Assembly: GCA_000934665.2 (NCBI GenBank)
Contig: KZ538202.1
Span: 62,001-102,804 of the forward strand
DNA length: 40,804 nucleotides
From: Catajapyx aquilonaris
Lineage: Eukaryota
Direction of reading: 5' to 3'
Part shown: positions 1-13,568 of the stretch, one piece after another
Layout of the letters: every line of letters starts with the position of its first letter
Position numbering within the stretch: position 1 is the first letter of the stretch
Position numbers and translations under genes: made by a program
The notes under the pieces: generated by a model
What the model was told of the DNA's origin: nothing
Databases searched by the model: none
The model's input: only the letters and a program-made list of their open reading frames with translations

Positions 1-413
1 GGCATTTTTTCTGTACAATTTGGAGGTATGAATTGCCATTGTGGGATGGTGTAAGGAGGTGGGCCAAAAGTTGCATATTATGTGAAGGTTGCGGAGAGGC
101 AGCTTATGTCAACTTGCTAAGTTTGTTTTTGATTCTTCAGGGATCTTATTATTGAGGCGTACACACAGTACGTTGGCAGGTTAGGTTAGGTCAAGTCAGG
201 TAAATGTGGCTTATAAGCATCCATATACAGAGGCAAGAGTGTAGGTATTCTTTTCATAAGTAATGGGTGAATTAAATCGTATTTCCCGCATATAACACTA
301 CTTTTAGCGGTCACTTAAAGAGCGTTATATCGAGGTTGTACTTCAAACCCTGTTATCTCAATCCAGTATGACTCTCATCGTTTTGCACTTCATGTCTTCA
401 TAGGAACACTTAC

Positions 414-2177
414 CAATAGAAGGTCGAACTATAGCTACTGGCAATTTGGCCTCCTCTGCTTCCTTCTGCAGCAGAACTTCTGCCATGGCTTTGGTATAGA
501 TGTACGTGTTAGGCTTCGGCCTAATTAATCTGATGATGAAAACCCTTGATTAACATTCATCTACTGAGCACAATAATTTTAGATGCAAATCAATTTTTAA
601 AGTCAGTTTTGCGTGGAAGTCTCGCATGATATCAGTAATTTACAGAGCAAACCCTGTTCCCAAAGATCTTTCCACGCACACAAGCGTAACAACTATTTTT
701 TTTTTACTCTACAGTATAGTGTTCGTGTCGCTTTTCTTCCCATAAATTGCACGCGAATTGTCCTTTCGTTAGATAGAAAAATACTTACGTAGGCGATATG
801 TTATTGAGCGTGGCTTCGTCCAAGTTGTCAGCAATGTTGAGGATGTGCGTGGGATGGTACGCCATCGGATACACGGTTTCGTGTATTTCCTTGCGTTCGC
901 AGTTGCAGTACGCCGTGGACACGTGCACCAATGCCTGTCAGTACAGTACACGTACTTGTAAAATGTTCTAAACTCCAGTCATTCTTACAGCTTTCTACTT
1001 GGCAATAATATATATCACCCTAAGCAATATTGCTGAATATTTATGAATGCATAATAATAGCGGCTGCTGCAATTAATGTTGCTATACGCTACTGTTGTAA
1101 CTAGAACTTGTTTCGCATACCAATGCTCATCTACACTAACATGCCTTTCTAAAATGATAAATAATCACAATCTTTGAGGCTACTTACTGCCACATTTTTC
1201 ATTCGACGACACAGTTCCACCACTCTAATGACTGCTAGTACATTGATCTGCAGGGATCCCTTTAAGGGTTGATCGAACTTGACAGTAGCTGCAGAGTGAA
1301 AAACTACAGACACCTCCTCCAGCAACACTTTTTCGTCTTCCTCGCTCAGTTGGAGGTCATCCTTGGACACATCTCCCTTGACGGGCACCACTTTGCTTAG
1401 AGCCTGAGGGCATTCTTGTTTCAATCTGTTAAACACCTGCAAGAATATTACAACTTGAAAATACGTTGGTACGACCTAAGCATCTAAAGAAGTACCGTAT
1501 GTGCTATATTTTCGTGGCAACTTTTAGAAAGTTTACAATCTCCTGGCCCTTTATAAAAACAGACGTTCATATAAGTGACCGAATTTTTTTGCTGTTTTTT
1601 CAGTCTCATTACCTAGCGGACTCATTAGACAGGGGACGTTTGTTTAGCCATCATCGAAATGATGGATGATACATTGTGAGACTTGAGAGAAAGTTACAAA
1701 TTGGTATTTGAGATTTTCTTACTTATTTGAATTTTTTTTTTGACAACCATTGGCGTACTTGTAAGTAACATACGGTATAGAAAGTATGCATCCGAAATGA
1801 CTCATTCATAAAGAATCTGTGCATGTGACACGTTCCAGTCAAAATATGTCGAACTTCTGGACAGACAACTTTTCCAGCGTTTGTAACTTGTCAAGTACAT
1901 GCACTAACAAGGAGCTAACAGTGAGGAAAAGTAAGGAAAGTTCCCGAAGGAAGCGACAGACCTGGCTTTTTGTGAGAAGGTCAAGCCTCTGAGAAAGGGT
2001 GTGTCCCTCTTTGGGACGCAGCAGCACATATATACGGACAATTCCAGGACATGCTCTCAGCAGTTTTTCCAGAAGGACCTTCCCCATAAATCCAGTGGCT
2101 CCTGTGATCAGCAAGGTCCTGCCGGTAAAGAAACTGGCAACCGACAATTCTTGCTCCGGTACTGGTTCAGATTCCAT
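414..2177 (-). CDS. FAR: Fatty acyl-CoA reductase paralog A, 5' part only; coding exons 2177-1962, 1436-1188, 934-789, 529-414; continues beyond the left edge
   Basis: Spliced translation gives Rossmann motif [10 protein letters not shown], then [28 protein letters not shown], catalytic [12 protein letters not shown] and VRPSI. All introns are GT-AG with consistent phases (0,0,2,1). Internal exon sizes 249 and 146 nt are identical to FAR-B. Confidence 0.95.
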
Positions 2178-4439
2178 TCTGAATAATCAAGTTCAAGTCT
2201 CCTTGTCTGTGGGACAGAAAGGAAAATGTAATATCAAGAAGAAAGTGGAATCACTGCTTTTCCTTTAAGCAAGCTGACCTGCCTAAAAGATGCACAACGG
2301 ACAGCCGAGGCAGTTACACTGGCCATGGACCAACAAAAGGCAATACACAAACTACAACAGGCACATGTGAAGTAGAAAAGACATTCCCCAGGGAAAGAAC
2401 ACTCATGCGATCACTTTCCCAATCGGTCTCTTACAGCACCTGACCGGAAGCTGCAGTAATTCAAGTGACCATCACATATTTCAACAACACTATTACCACT
2501 ATGAAAAGATGACTGGGAACCATCCCTCATAAAATTACACCCAGGTCTGTAGCAAGAGATGGTACCGACACCAAATCGACCTTTCTGTTCCAAGTCTTTG
2601 GGTGTCCCAGAAGAGGACGGTCGGCCGGTTGTTTCTTTCCCGATCAAACGACTTTCTTTTCCTGTTTGTACCTCGCCCCTTGACCCGGATTTTGCCTACT
2701 ATACGTACTTATCTCTTCTTCTCTTCCTTCCTTCCTTCCTTCCGCTGACGAGTCTTCTATGAGTGACGGTGGCGCCACTAGGTTCCACACTGAAACCCAA
2801 CTGTCTGAACAACACCCACGTCTTCCATCTTCACCTCAGGCTGACTTCCAGTAACGGAACACAGTCGGCGTACCTGAAGACGGTATAACAGCGTATGAAC
2901 CACACGTGCAGCGCTTGCCTTGGCGCCAACTGACATGGGCCAGCACTGGTCCTTCTAGTTTCCTACGCCTGAATGACCTCTTTAAGCGGCCAAGCAAGTG
3001 ACTCAAGGCAAAGGGCCATCCTCCTCTAGTCCCCTCCTTCTTGCCCTCCCTCCCCTTCTCCTAGACCACTATTCTACGCGACGTCTTCCACTTTCTTCTA
3101 ACCTCTTCTCTTTCTCTCGGGTCATGGCCACGAATCTTTGGTCGGTCAAATATCCATGGATGATCCCTACATAAGCGAATCCACGTGCATCCAATTATGC
3201 AGTTTCCGTATTTTTTTTCCTCCCCAAAAAATATGAGGAGGTGTAACCACCAAGAAATCGGAGGCTTGACCATATTTGACCGGAAAAAAGATGGAAATCG
3301 AAAAAAAAACTTGTAGCATAGAGAAATTTCTAAGGCATGAACCAGGATGGATTGTGCGAACCAATTGGTGCGTGTGACTTGCTGCGTGAATTGTATCAAA
3401 ATGAAAACAGAATGCATGGGCCCCTGTTCTTCTTGAATTTTTGTTATTCCGTACCGTACCGCTGCGCAGTTGGCCCTGTTCGCCGAATGGCTCTGTGTCA
3501 CCTGGAAAAGAGCAGGTATGATGGGAGAAAGCGATTCAGAGGTCACGTGAGGATATGAATACTGGCCCCAACTAACTTTCCTTGAAAAGCTCTTTTCTCG
3601 TTAGCATAATTAAACGAAAGGAGAGCGGTCCTGCAAGATTTTTTCAGTCTCCTTTTGACTTCGCCAAAAGTCTGCTGCCATGCGAACAAAAAGCGGGACT
3701 TTTTTTTTTAAAAAAGGCTTTTGACAAGTTCTTTCTCAGGAATGCAATGAAGATGGGATGAGGCGGGGTGGAAAAAAAAAATCTTACACAATATAGTAGC
3801 ACTGAGTAAGAGTTATTTTTCAACCCATTGTATCCGTCGGTTTGTTCAAGTCAGTGCATAACATTATTGCATAAAGATATCCAAATATAACGTTATTATT
3901 ACACTCGTGTTGAAGGACACAATCATATGCATCACTATCATTCGTGCTGTCCGGTAACATTGTCTCTCTAGTAGGTTGAGCCCTTCATAATAATATGGAA
4001 TGCTTCGTCATTACGTTATGTACCGAAATGAATAGGTAAGGAACGTATATCGTAGGAAAGATAATGCATTACAAAAGGCTTTACAGCTCTGGAATCTCAT
4101 GGCCTCCAAGGTACTACAGCGTAGAATGAAATATTGAAAATATTGTTATTGTTGTTGATGTATATAGGATCAAGGTAACATCACAACAGTAATGTTTTAA
4201 AATGACCTTAACAGGTGTAAGCTTTTTTGTTTGCAATAACCAATTATTAGGGAGGGCTATCGTGGTGCTGTAGTTTCTGTCTTATTATTTCCGTGGTGGA
4301 AAAAATATATCGTATATACGGAAAATTACCAAGGCTGCAATAGAGAAGTTATTACACGGTATATATCGTATGATTTACGTTATGCAATTCCATTCTATAA
4401 TTCATGGGTTCATTTTCCACGACGCGCGTGAACTCGCCA

Positions 4440-5560
4440 TTATTAAAAGTCTGATACTTCGACGTGGTTTTTATGGTTTAAATCCGAACTTTTAGAGTGG
4501 CATCGTGTTTAGTTACAACCAGCAAGCTATCGCATCGCTGTTGTCATGTACTTCATCCCTGGTCAAACGGTGTATTTACAAAAATAGACCTCCCTTGACA
4601 GATAGTATTGATAGATTATTATCCTCGCATTCACGTGGTCGTCTTGGAATTTTCCCGTTTTTCCACATTGCAAAGTCTAATATGGCTACGACAATAACGT
4701 CGGGTCTAATAATTTTAAGAGGTAGGAATCTAATTTTACACTCCTTACCTAACTTTGTAATCCTGTGTTGGCACTCCTGCAGTGCCAAGATTAGTCTTCT
4801 TTCATCTCCTGAACATTCCATATAGGCTTGCCTTAAAATTTTCCAGTTGGAGAAGCAAGTGAAGGTGAGTGCATGTTTTGAATACTTTAAAGTGACCCAT
4901 TTAAACTATATATACTCGCGATTTTGAGAATTCCAGCATATGAATGGCCAGTTTTAGTTATGTATTACCATGCATCCTTCTCCAGCAGTTATTGATGATC
5001 ATTTTCCAAACATTCCATACGGTTATCAGTGACTTACACTTGTTATACCCACAAAAGTTTTTTATATAAAATTATGACTAGAGAAGTTTCGAGGAGGCTG
5101 GAATCACCGTTCAAAAACGGTTTGATTGATATGGAGTTTCTGTGCGGTAGTAATTAACCATAAGCGCCATCACGTGGCTATGTTGAATTTTGCGGAGTTT
5201 TAAACAATTACGCCGGATCTCACTTTACGAATGCGGTAATATTATTACTGCAATATTTTCAAGGGTAGTCTTTAATATTATCTCCAACTTTTGATAAGCA
5301 CCTGATCCCGTGGGTAAAGTTATCCAGGCTGTCCAGACTGTGTCAGAGTTACGGCGACCCGACCATAAAGGCCCCGCGCCAAAATGTACAGTAGTAACCA
5401 TAATAACTATATATGCTGGTAAGTTAGTAACTTGTGTACAGTACATGCTGGTGGGAATTCTAATTACAGTTGATGTGATATCACATTTAAAATGATAAAG
5501 GGCAGGCCTATACTTATACAATAAATTTTCTCACACTTTGTCGGTCCATTCCTGATCTAC
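4440..5560 (-). mobile_element. Highly degenerate LINE reverse-transcriptase remnant
   Basis: Colinear minus-strand pieces resemble RT motifs: CLSKV/LEIIL, YRIRKVRS (~QYGFRKGRS), YAGIL (~AGVPQG), LQECQHRITKLGKECKIRFLPLK (~LQ.D...I..WG......F...K), NLSILSV, SSDLNHKNHV (~S.DL.W..H). Many stops and frameshifts. Confidence 0.5.
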
Positions 5561-7754
5561 AATGCAATAATTTGACGGCAACATGAGGGCCACCCAATGA
5601 CGTTTTGGAAGTGAACAGTTTACATCTTTGTATTTAGAACCTCCTGCTCTACCTTTGTCCACTACAGGGTGGCCTAAAAGTCCATCAATGGGTCAAAACA
5701 ATAATAAATAATTCAATTGGTGAAAACTACAATTTCTTTTCCATGTGGCTCTCCTGAATGTCAAAACATCATTATAGGCGTGTTTTCATGTTCTGAAATC
5801 CAAAGTGTACGCTGTGAAGATAAAGAACAACATGAGATATTGATACAGAGTACTGCACCATTTCGCCTGACATGGAAACACGCCTATACAGTTATGTTTT
5901 GACATTCGTGGGAACCACATTGAAAATATATTGCATAGCTTTTACCCATGGAAATATTGCATACTGTAATCGCCCATTGATGCGGGACTCTTCGCCATCC
6001 TGTAGAATCAGAAGTAGGGGTATGACAAAAATGTCCTTCCCTATAGTTAGACCACTTGGATAATTGCATGTTCAGAGAGTCACAGGGAAATTTTAATCAG
6101 AAGAGTAATGTTATGCCATTTTAGAAAATGTAGGCATGCCCCTTGCCTTAGCCCATTCACATAAACACATTCACATTCACGTAAACGCGGGACTACTCTG
6201 TGCTATCTCATTTACACAAATATATTAACTTATCTAATTATTATTAGATACTGCGTTGCCCGATTTTATTAAGAGTGTAAGAAGATATAATGGGAGAACA
6301 TAATTAAACTCATCTCAGGCGAGTACCCTATATATTTTTTTGTCATCTCCAGGGACTATGCGTTGACAACATGCATATTGGCTCCTCATCTATGGCAAAA
6401 ATTGCATTCACTGCACATTCGATCCGCATAATGATAAAATGCAGTAATAAGTAGCTTGGTACGTGCAGGAAATAATTAATGGCCTGTTTTTATGGCACAT
6501 TGTCACATGGTCATGTGACTGGGATTGACCATTACATGTCTGGGAAAGATCGAAATCTTTGTTAACATTGACATCCAATTACGATTTAAATACGCTAAAA
6601 TTTTCTACGAAGATTAGCACCATTTGCTATACATTACCTGATTCCTCGGGTTTTGCACTGTCTTCTGTAACTGCTTATGTACACTGCACTGAAAAAACTG
6701 GTACATGACTTCCTGCTTATATCAATTTACTGTCCAACATAATTATTGAGTTTACATGATATCAACACCTTAATGGTACAAAGACATACTCCCAAGGACA
6801 ATGGAACCATGTATAATTAAGTGTAATATTTGACCCGCACGCCATATTACTTGTGAAAATCTCAACTGCCTAATTATGATTTGACGTGTATACAATGGGA
6901 CTTGTTCTGGCTGGTAATTAATTCGCTCTCACAGGAAGAGCGTACAACATGCACATCCAGTGCGAGTGTCCCTTGCCATTTCCCTGAACCTGTGGCAGGT
7001 CCCTGTCTTATAGCCACTGAACTACTGTGCGTGTAACATACTCAGCACGCTCTCAATTGCTGATGAAGATTAGCATTTTCACCATTTCCCTTTCACTATT
7101 CAGCACACTGTACACACCAACGATCACTGAATGTATCTCAACAGGGGGGAAAAAATACATGGAACTGGAATCTGGCTTTTTACAGCAGTACATCCTTTCA
7201 CACAATCATTAGTTGATTTTGCACAAGAATAACAAAAAGAAAACCCACACCTCTGATTGGATTACGCAACATTTTTTTCAGGAACCTGCCATCATTACTT
7301 AAGTATTGGTGTAAGAGTGCATTATTTTACCGAATTCACATGGCGTGTTTTCTTTACTTACACATTATCTCAAGTGCAGTATCTGGAATCCAGGGAGAGT
7401 TAGGAAAAGGAAGTGATGTAACGGAATGTAGCATGTTATGTGGCCCAAAAACTCATACAATTGAAACGTTGCCCTAGGCTACCAAGTTTGGCAGTTGAGT
7501 TACTTTCGCAATTCTACCGCTTCATTATCCTTGCACTTATTAGCCTCTCAAAATGCATTCTGACAATAATTGAAGTCTAGAATGGGCATTGAGCTTATCC
7601 TGTTGCAATGTTCCTGCAACTTAGCAAACTGCATACCTCATACCTTCAGCATAACTCCGCAAGGAATTTCATAATAATTTTATATAATTATACCTTAAAC
7701 GGATTTTTCTCACTCTAATGCCTGGGTTATCGGTGTCCATTCTGAACTCCATAT

Positions 7755-7938
7755 CAAGGGGTTAACCACTTTGGTACTCCGGTGTACACCTGCAGTGGTA
7801 TACTCCCAGGTACTCCTTAGGTACCTTACTCTTTGGTACTCCGGTGTACACCTGCAGTGGTACTCCTTGGTACTCCTTGGTACTCCTTGAATTTTGGTAC
7901 TCCAGTGTACACTTTACAGTCGAGTGGTTAACCCCTTG
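7755..7938. mobile_element. MITE with 16-bp TIRs, 8-bp TSD (hAT/P-type) and internal tandem repeats
   Basis: TIR CAAGGGGTTAACCACT (7755-7770) / AGTGGTTAACCCCTTG (7923-7938). Flanks CTCCATAT / CTTCATAT. The interior is built from GGTACTCC and GGTGTACACCTGCAGT units. Confidence 0.8.
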
Positions 7939-8437
7939 CTTCATATTCACCTAATTCAGTATATGCCTACAGGAAGATGCAAAATTAGCGCACTTCCAGT
8001 TGGACTTTGGTTCTTTGCGAAATTCCAAGATGATATTCCTGTAGTTGATTTTTGTGATTTCTGTTTCATTACGGAATTAATCTCATTAGTTCTAATTTTG
8101 TCACAGGCTTGAATCATATGATCTATCTACACCTCTAGACGGGTCCTCTCATGCAGGATATTACCCACGTGTGTGACGAATCTCACTTATCTTCGTAATG
8201 AATCCGCAAAGGCCAGAATCATAGAGAGTGATTTAATCATCGAAATCTTTGAGAGGAAGTGGACTAACTTTGCATTATCCTATATATTTGATGCAACTTT
8301 ATGGGTACCGGTAACAAAGACCGGATTTCCAATAATAATGAGAGGTACTTAGGTACAAAAGACACATTGCGGTAATTAGAATTTCGAAGCAAACTGTGCC
8401 AACTGATTTCGCTCTATACAGTTGCGCAACTGTACAT

Positions 8438-11400
8438 TCAGGAAGCAAAACCATCTCCTCCATGCAGGGCTTTTGCCCATATACCTGGATTACCATGGAA
8501 CGATCCTGGTTCCACTCCGTACATGAACCAGACCCACAGATAGGAAAATAAAAGCCACTCCACCGGAGTGAAGACCAACACCAGGACTTGCTCAATGCAC
8601 CACAGGATGGGTGCTCCAATTGCGAACATGAAGAATCCTTGCAGTAGTCGTGTCCATATAATTCTCCTGGGTGACACAGACCCCCGGAAAGACAAACGGT
8701 AGCAGATTAGTACAATGTGACTTTTGACGATCTGGTTTACACTTGATGCTCATTCACTCACCTCATCATTTTTCTACGCTCGTTCCTCGTGGCAATGGGC
8801 CGATCTTGCATCTGGTACTTTCGAATTGCGGCCACGAAGTGACTCATGTAGGTGGGCCAATCCATGGAGCGCACGTCAAAGTGGAACAGCTCCTTGTCCA
8901 CAGGGTTCATCTCATCCCACAATGCTAAACTTTTGGTCATGTTGAACTGCCATTCTCTGTGAGTGAAGAAGTCAATGGCGTCTATCACACGATGCAGCTT
9001 CCGGCGAAGTCTCAACATCCTGTAATGCATTTTGAATTGTAGAGATGTTTGACAGGTAACAATGAAGACCGTACATTGGAATTTGCTTGTTGAGTGAGCA
9101 GTAGAAATCGATGATTGAAGCTGGCATGAAGTGGTACCAGAAGTCGTCGAACCAGTGCCGCCAAAGCCACGTGTGAAAGGTGGCCCTGGGCATCCACAAG
9201 GCTCCAGACACCTGGTTTCGGACAATGTGGAACTGAACCCAATACTGGAAGTCGCCCCATGTGATTGGACTGAGGGTGCCTGTGGTGCTGTGATACACCT
9301 GGATCTTGGAAGGTCTGCGGGTGCCCACATACCATCCGGCAGCTAGACACAAGTTGATGGTGACGTCTACAGGCACTAGGTCGACTATCATGTGGTTCTC
9401 GGCCATCCAGCTTCGTACAATGCCCTCGTAAATGCCGGAAACTAGTTGAATCGGCCCGTTTTGGCCGTCGATCCATCCTGGGAAAGGCTCCTTCCGCGAA
9501 CTCACCACTGTCAAATACCAACATGTTGTACTAACTAAGAAGTTGTGTCTAACAATTTATAGACAGCTTTGGCTCTGGCATCATCAATAATTGCTGCAAT
9601 AATATTCAAGGGTGGTGCCAGAATGGGGTAAATCAATTGTTAATCGGCGTTCATGTAATGGGTAGACTAGTTTAATAAAAAATTGCCGGATCGTTTGGTA
9701 CAAGAACGGGAATCATCGCCATTCACAGCTAATGACAAACTGTGGCTTATGTTTGCAATTAGCCCATAAGACCAGTTTTAATGCACATCGAGTATATAAT
9801 TATGGAATTCAAATTTTATAAACAAACGTCCTAAAAAATATAGATATGGATATCCCGACCACTATCACCATAACATACCCGGGCAACGCCGGGTAACCTG
9901 CTATACACTATACTTGGTACGTGGAGAAATCCTCTAAAGTGATTTTAATTTTGTTAGCAGCAAGTAGACAATAATTTTCACAGATTATTGAGTCCACCCA
10001 TAGTAGTGTGATTAGTTTCAACTTTTTACGTACCAATAGAAGGTCTGATAATGGTCACTGGCAGTCGGCCTTCTTCTCTTGTCAAAAGTACTTCGCTTAG
10101 GGCTTTGGTGAAGATATACGTGTTCGGCATGTCTCCAAGCAACCTAACGGGACAAGTTGTGGAAAAACCGCATTATACTGGTGTGTAGGGCTATCACAAA
10201 GGTAGGTTAATGACATGCTTACTGAGGAGTAATTGTCTCGACCTCTTCATCAGTCATTGTGTCTATGTCTTCCATAATCTGGATCGGATCGTACCGGAAG
10301 GGGTATACCACCTCGTCTATAACAGATCTCTCGCAGTTCGCATACGACGTCGACACATGCACCAATGCCTGAAAGTATGAAACAATTGTTAGGAGGAACA
10401 TCGTACCACTTCCCAATAAAATTTCTGCATGAGAACCGGATGGTGACAAGAACGTTGTAAAAACAAAATCGCACTCACGACTAGGCGGGTCATGCGATGG
10501 CAGAGATCAATGATGCGTTTCGTTCCCATGAGATTGAGACGCAGCGCCGGTCGAAGTTTTTCGTCGAAACGCACCGTAGCTGCCGAATGCACAACCACAG
10601 ACACGTTATGCACTAATTCTTCTTCGTCTTGCACCGTAAGACCCAGCCTCTCTTCGGAGACATCTCCCTTCATAACTCGAACCTTGGCCATAACCCCTGG
10701 GCACGTCGCCCGAATCTTGACAAACAGCTGAAACACATGGGGATTCATTAATACATTATTTTAGTACCTTACAATGCCTCGGTACCTCATAAACAGATTC
10801 ACAGGTTATTCCTGTGGAGGGGGCGGGAGTGAACAAATTACTCCTCTACCTAGTGAATGGACTTCATGTTGAGTTTGAATTTTCCCAGAGGAAATTTACA
10901 TAGTGTGAAACTCAAACAACGCACATAATCTCTTCTATCTAGAATATACGTTCCTAGCATAACTCGAAACAAGCAAGCATTTCCCATAACTGCAGCTTTC
11001 CATAACGGCGCGGCGCTTGTTTTACCCCACTTGGCAATCTAGCAGCTACAGAGAAAATGATTGTTCCAAGCAGGCATACCAGCAGTGGTCGTCTGCATCG
11101 CAGTGTGAATATCGAGGACGAACTATTCATCCACATTCTCTTTTTTTTCTCTCTCTTTCTCTCTCTCTCTGGTTAACGATACAGACCCGAAGGGAAAACG
11201 TCACTTGTCCTACTAAGCCTCAGAAAAATAAAGGTCGTTGTCTTCACAGTAGCTATGCCAGGAAGTTAGAACCTTGATTGTGATATTCATTAGAGAAACC
11301 CCAAAAACGGATAGTACATCCTGGAAGTTCGGGGAGAAAAGGTGGAATGGAATTACGGGAAGCTTGTGCTAACAGAAGCAAAAAGGGTCTCCCTTATTAT

Positions 11401-12598
11401 TCATTCTTCCCTGTGAAGAGCACGAAGCGGAACCAAGTATCTGGTCCCGTTACTGCCCCTCTCCATCCTCCCACACTGTCATCCACATCCAACTATCTTA
11501 TCTTAATAAGCCGGAATTTACCCATCAGATCAGCAGATCAAAATGCATGGCATATCATCTAATATTGCTGCATTTATTTTTAAAAAAAGTTTAAATGCAG
11601 GACAGGTTTAATAATGCGCATCTTTTGGGAAGTAATGTATAAAGGCATGAAGGTTCATGGTTATAGTTTGACGTCAATGTAATTGTGTTGCTAAATATCA
11701 AACTTACGCTATAGCAATTGAGCAACAACTTCAATAGGTCACACATGCACACAAGTGAAAGACATGTGTGTAAGTTAAAAACAAGACTCCCTGCATGTTT
11801 CTTCACAAACTAGTTTTTTAGAAAGGATATAGGGTATTACGCGCATAAAAATTACGTAAAGGTAAAAGACCTGTACCTACAATTTTTTCCGGGGTAACTA
11901 AGGTTAGTATAGAATTACCGTATATAAAATGTTCTTATGGGCCTACTAATCTAATACTTCCGTCCTTTAAAAAAAGGCATATCTGGGCTTTAATCTGCAT
12001 TAAAGAACCAGCCATTGAATTAAAGGCCAATAATTGGCCTTTAATTCAATGGTCAAACAGTGTCCAAATTGCGACAAAATTAATATTCCATTATACCACA
12101 ATAATTGTGGTATAATGGAATATTATTTTTCTCGCATTATTTTTAAAATCAAATTAGTGAATCAGGATGTACATTTTAATCTAAAAATACCTTACTATCT
12201 GATAATTTTAAAATATAATTTTTACAATGTTTTTTTTCTACCTTAGATTTCAAAACCTTGGAAGTAGGCCAGTATAGAAATGCATCTGTTGGCTAGCTAC
12301 TTGTGAAAGGCAACATATTAGCGTTGCGTGTGTAGTTAAATCCGCATAGCTTATAAATAGCATGAGTATCAGTTGGTTGCACACAATAACACTTTACCGG
12401 AGACTCCAGGATGTCTTGCAGGCGACGCTGCACAGTGTGGCCATTCTTTGGTCTTAGCAACAAGTAGATGGTTCCAACTTGTGGGCAGGACCGCAACAGT
12501 TTTTCCAGAAGCACTTTGGCCAGAAAACCAGTGGCTCCGGTGATGAACACGTTCTTGCCTGCATAGAAATCGGCAATCTCACTAGGAAGAGTAGCCAT
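8438..12598 (-). CDS. FAR: Fatty acyl-CoA reductase paralog B, complete; coding exons 12598-12398, 10727-10479, 10368-10223, 10143-10034, 9507-9075, 9019-8762, 8666-8438 (1626 nt, 541 aa)
   Basis: [64 protein letters not shown]-terminal domain (FFTHREWQF...[10 protein letters not shown]) and a hydrophobic C-terminal tail. All introns are GT-AG and the frame stays open to TGA at 8440-8438. Confidence 0.95.
9876..9904 (+). mobile_element. Helitron-like 3' terminus in FAR-B intron 4
   Basis: GC-rich hairpin TACCCGG-GCAACG-CCGGGTA followed 5 nt later by CTAT (degenerate CTAG end). The 5' end was not identified. Confidence 0.45.
12012..12052. repeat. Perfect palindrome, 20-bp arms with 1-nt spacer, in FAR-B coding intron 1
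   Basis: CCATTGAATTAAAGGCCAAT-A-ATTGGCCTTTAATTCAATGG. Confidence 0.95.
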
Positions 12599-13374
12599 CT
12601 TTTGCTGCGGAAGCCCGCTCACTGTGGATAGAAAAATTTACCGGAGTATAGCTTTTTTTGTGTGTCTCTTCACACACGTCTGCTGTAAATTGTACGCATT
12701 CCTTAAAACTGTGGTAGCGTATAGCCTCAGTCGATTTTCCGGATAAAAAAGACAGTAGATTTATCCAAGTAAAAAAACGACAATGTTGTTGTGTTCAGGT
12801 GCAAGTTCAATTGATATATAATGTCATGATGACGCAGGTGTTTAGAAAAATACATATCGCAAATAGGCAATATGTATATGGCGAAACCGTGACCTTGCCA
12901 GAGTACAAAACGTGCAGGCTATCAGCTACGTAACTGATCAGCCCTATGAGTTTCCTTTAGCAACCGATAGACTATCAAGAAGTAGTTCCCCCAAAAAGGG
13001 TACTGCCCTCGAAATGGGTATCGTAATAAAAAAATAATAAAAAAAGACTATCAAGTAGTATTGAGGCAGTCATTCAGACTGTCCTTGAGGCTGTGACACT
13101 GAATTAGTATACATTCAACTGAATTATCGAAGGAAATTCATACTTTCCTCCTTGAGTTTTTGTGCGGTAATTGATGGTAGTTCTGTGCGTGTTTTTTTCT
13201 GTTGAGTATAGGCCATCAATAGCTGTCGGATATAACTTACGTACTTTCAACAAAGGCGGCTCACACTTGACGGCCATCAGGATGCCATTATTTGCTAGGT
13301 CAACATCTTGAATAAATAATTGCTCCGTAACCTTCGATATGCTAATTAACTATATTAGTATGCAATATGAGTAA

Positions 13375-13568
13375 AGGTGCGTTTATATGTGAGCGATTTG
13401 ACGAGCGAAGTCTTCGCCGAGGCTGAGTAACCCAAGTAACCAATATTGTTTGAGGCGAAAATAGATTGTTAATTTCAGCCTCGGCGAAGATTCAAATCGC
13501 TCACATGTTGTTTTTTAAAATTTATTTACCCCGTGATACAACTGAATCGCTCACATGTAAACGCACCT
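13375..13568. mobile_element. PIF/Harbinger (Tourist)-like MITE
   Basis: TIR AGGTGCGTTTA(T/C)ATGTGAGCGATT at both ends, TAA on both flanks, and an internal inverted repeat TCTTCGCCGAGGCTGA / TCAGCCTCGGCGAAGA. Confidence 0.8.

Noticed and set aside
178..191. GGTTAGGTTAGG, arthropod telomere-like
   Set aside because: Only about two units; too short to call interstitial telomeric sequence.
5662..6062. Possible Tc1/mariner MITE starting TACAGGGTGGCC
   Set aside because: The right-hand TIR match is too degenerate to fix boundaries.
7762..7930. Repeat array superficially like CRISPR
   Set aside because: No unique spacers, eukaryotic context and no cas genes; it is the interior of a MITE.
8758..9524. 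Overlapping alternative-frame ORFs (190 and 170 aa)
   Set aside because: Explained by FAR-B exons 5 and 6 changing frame across a 55-nt intron.
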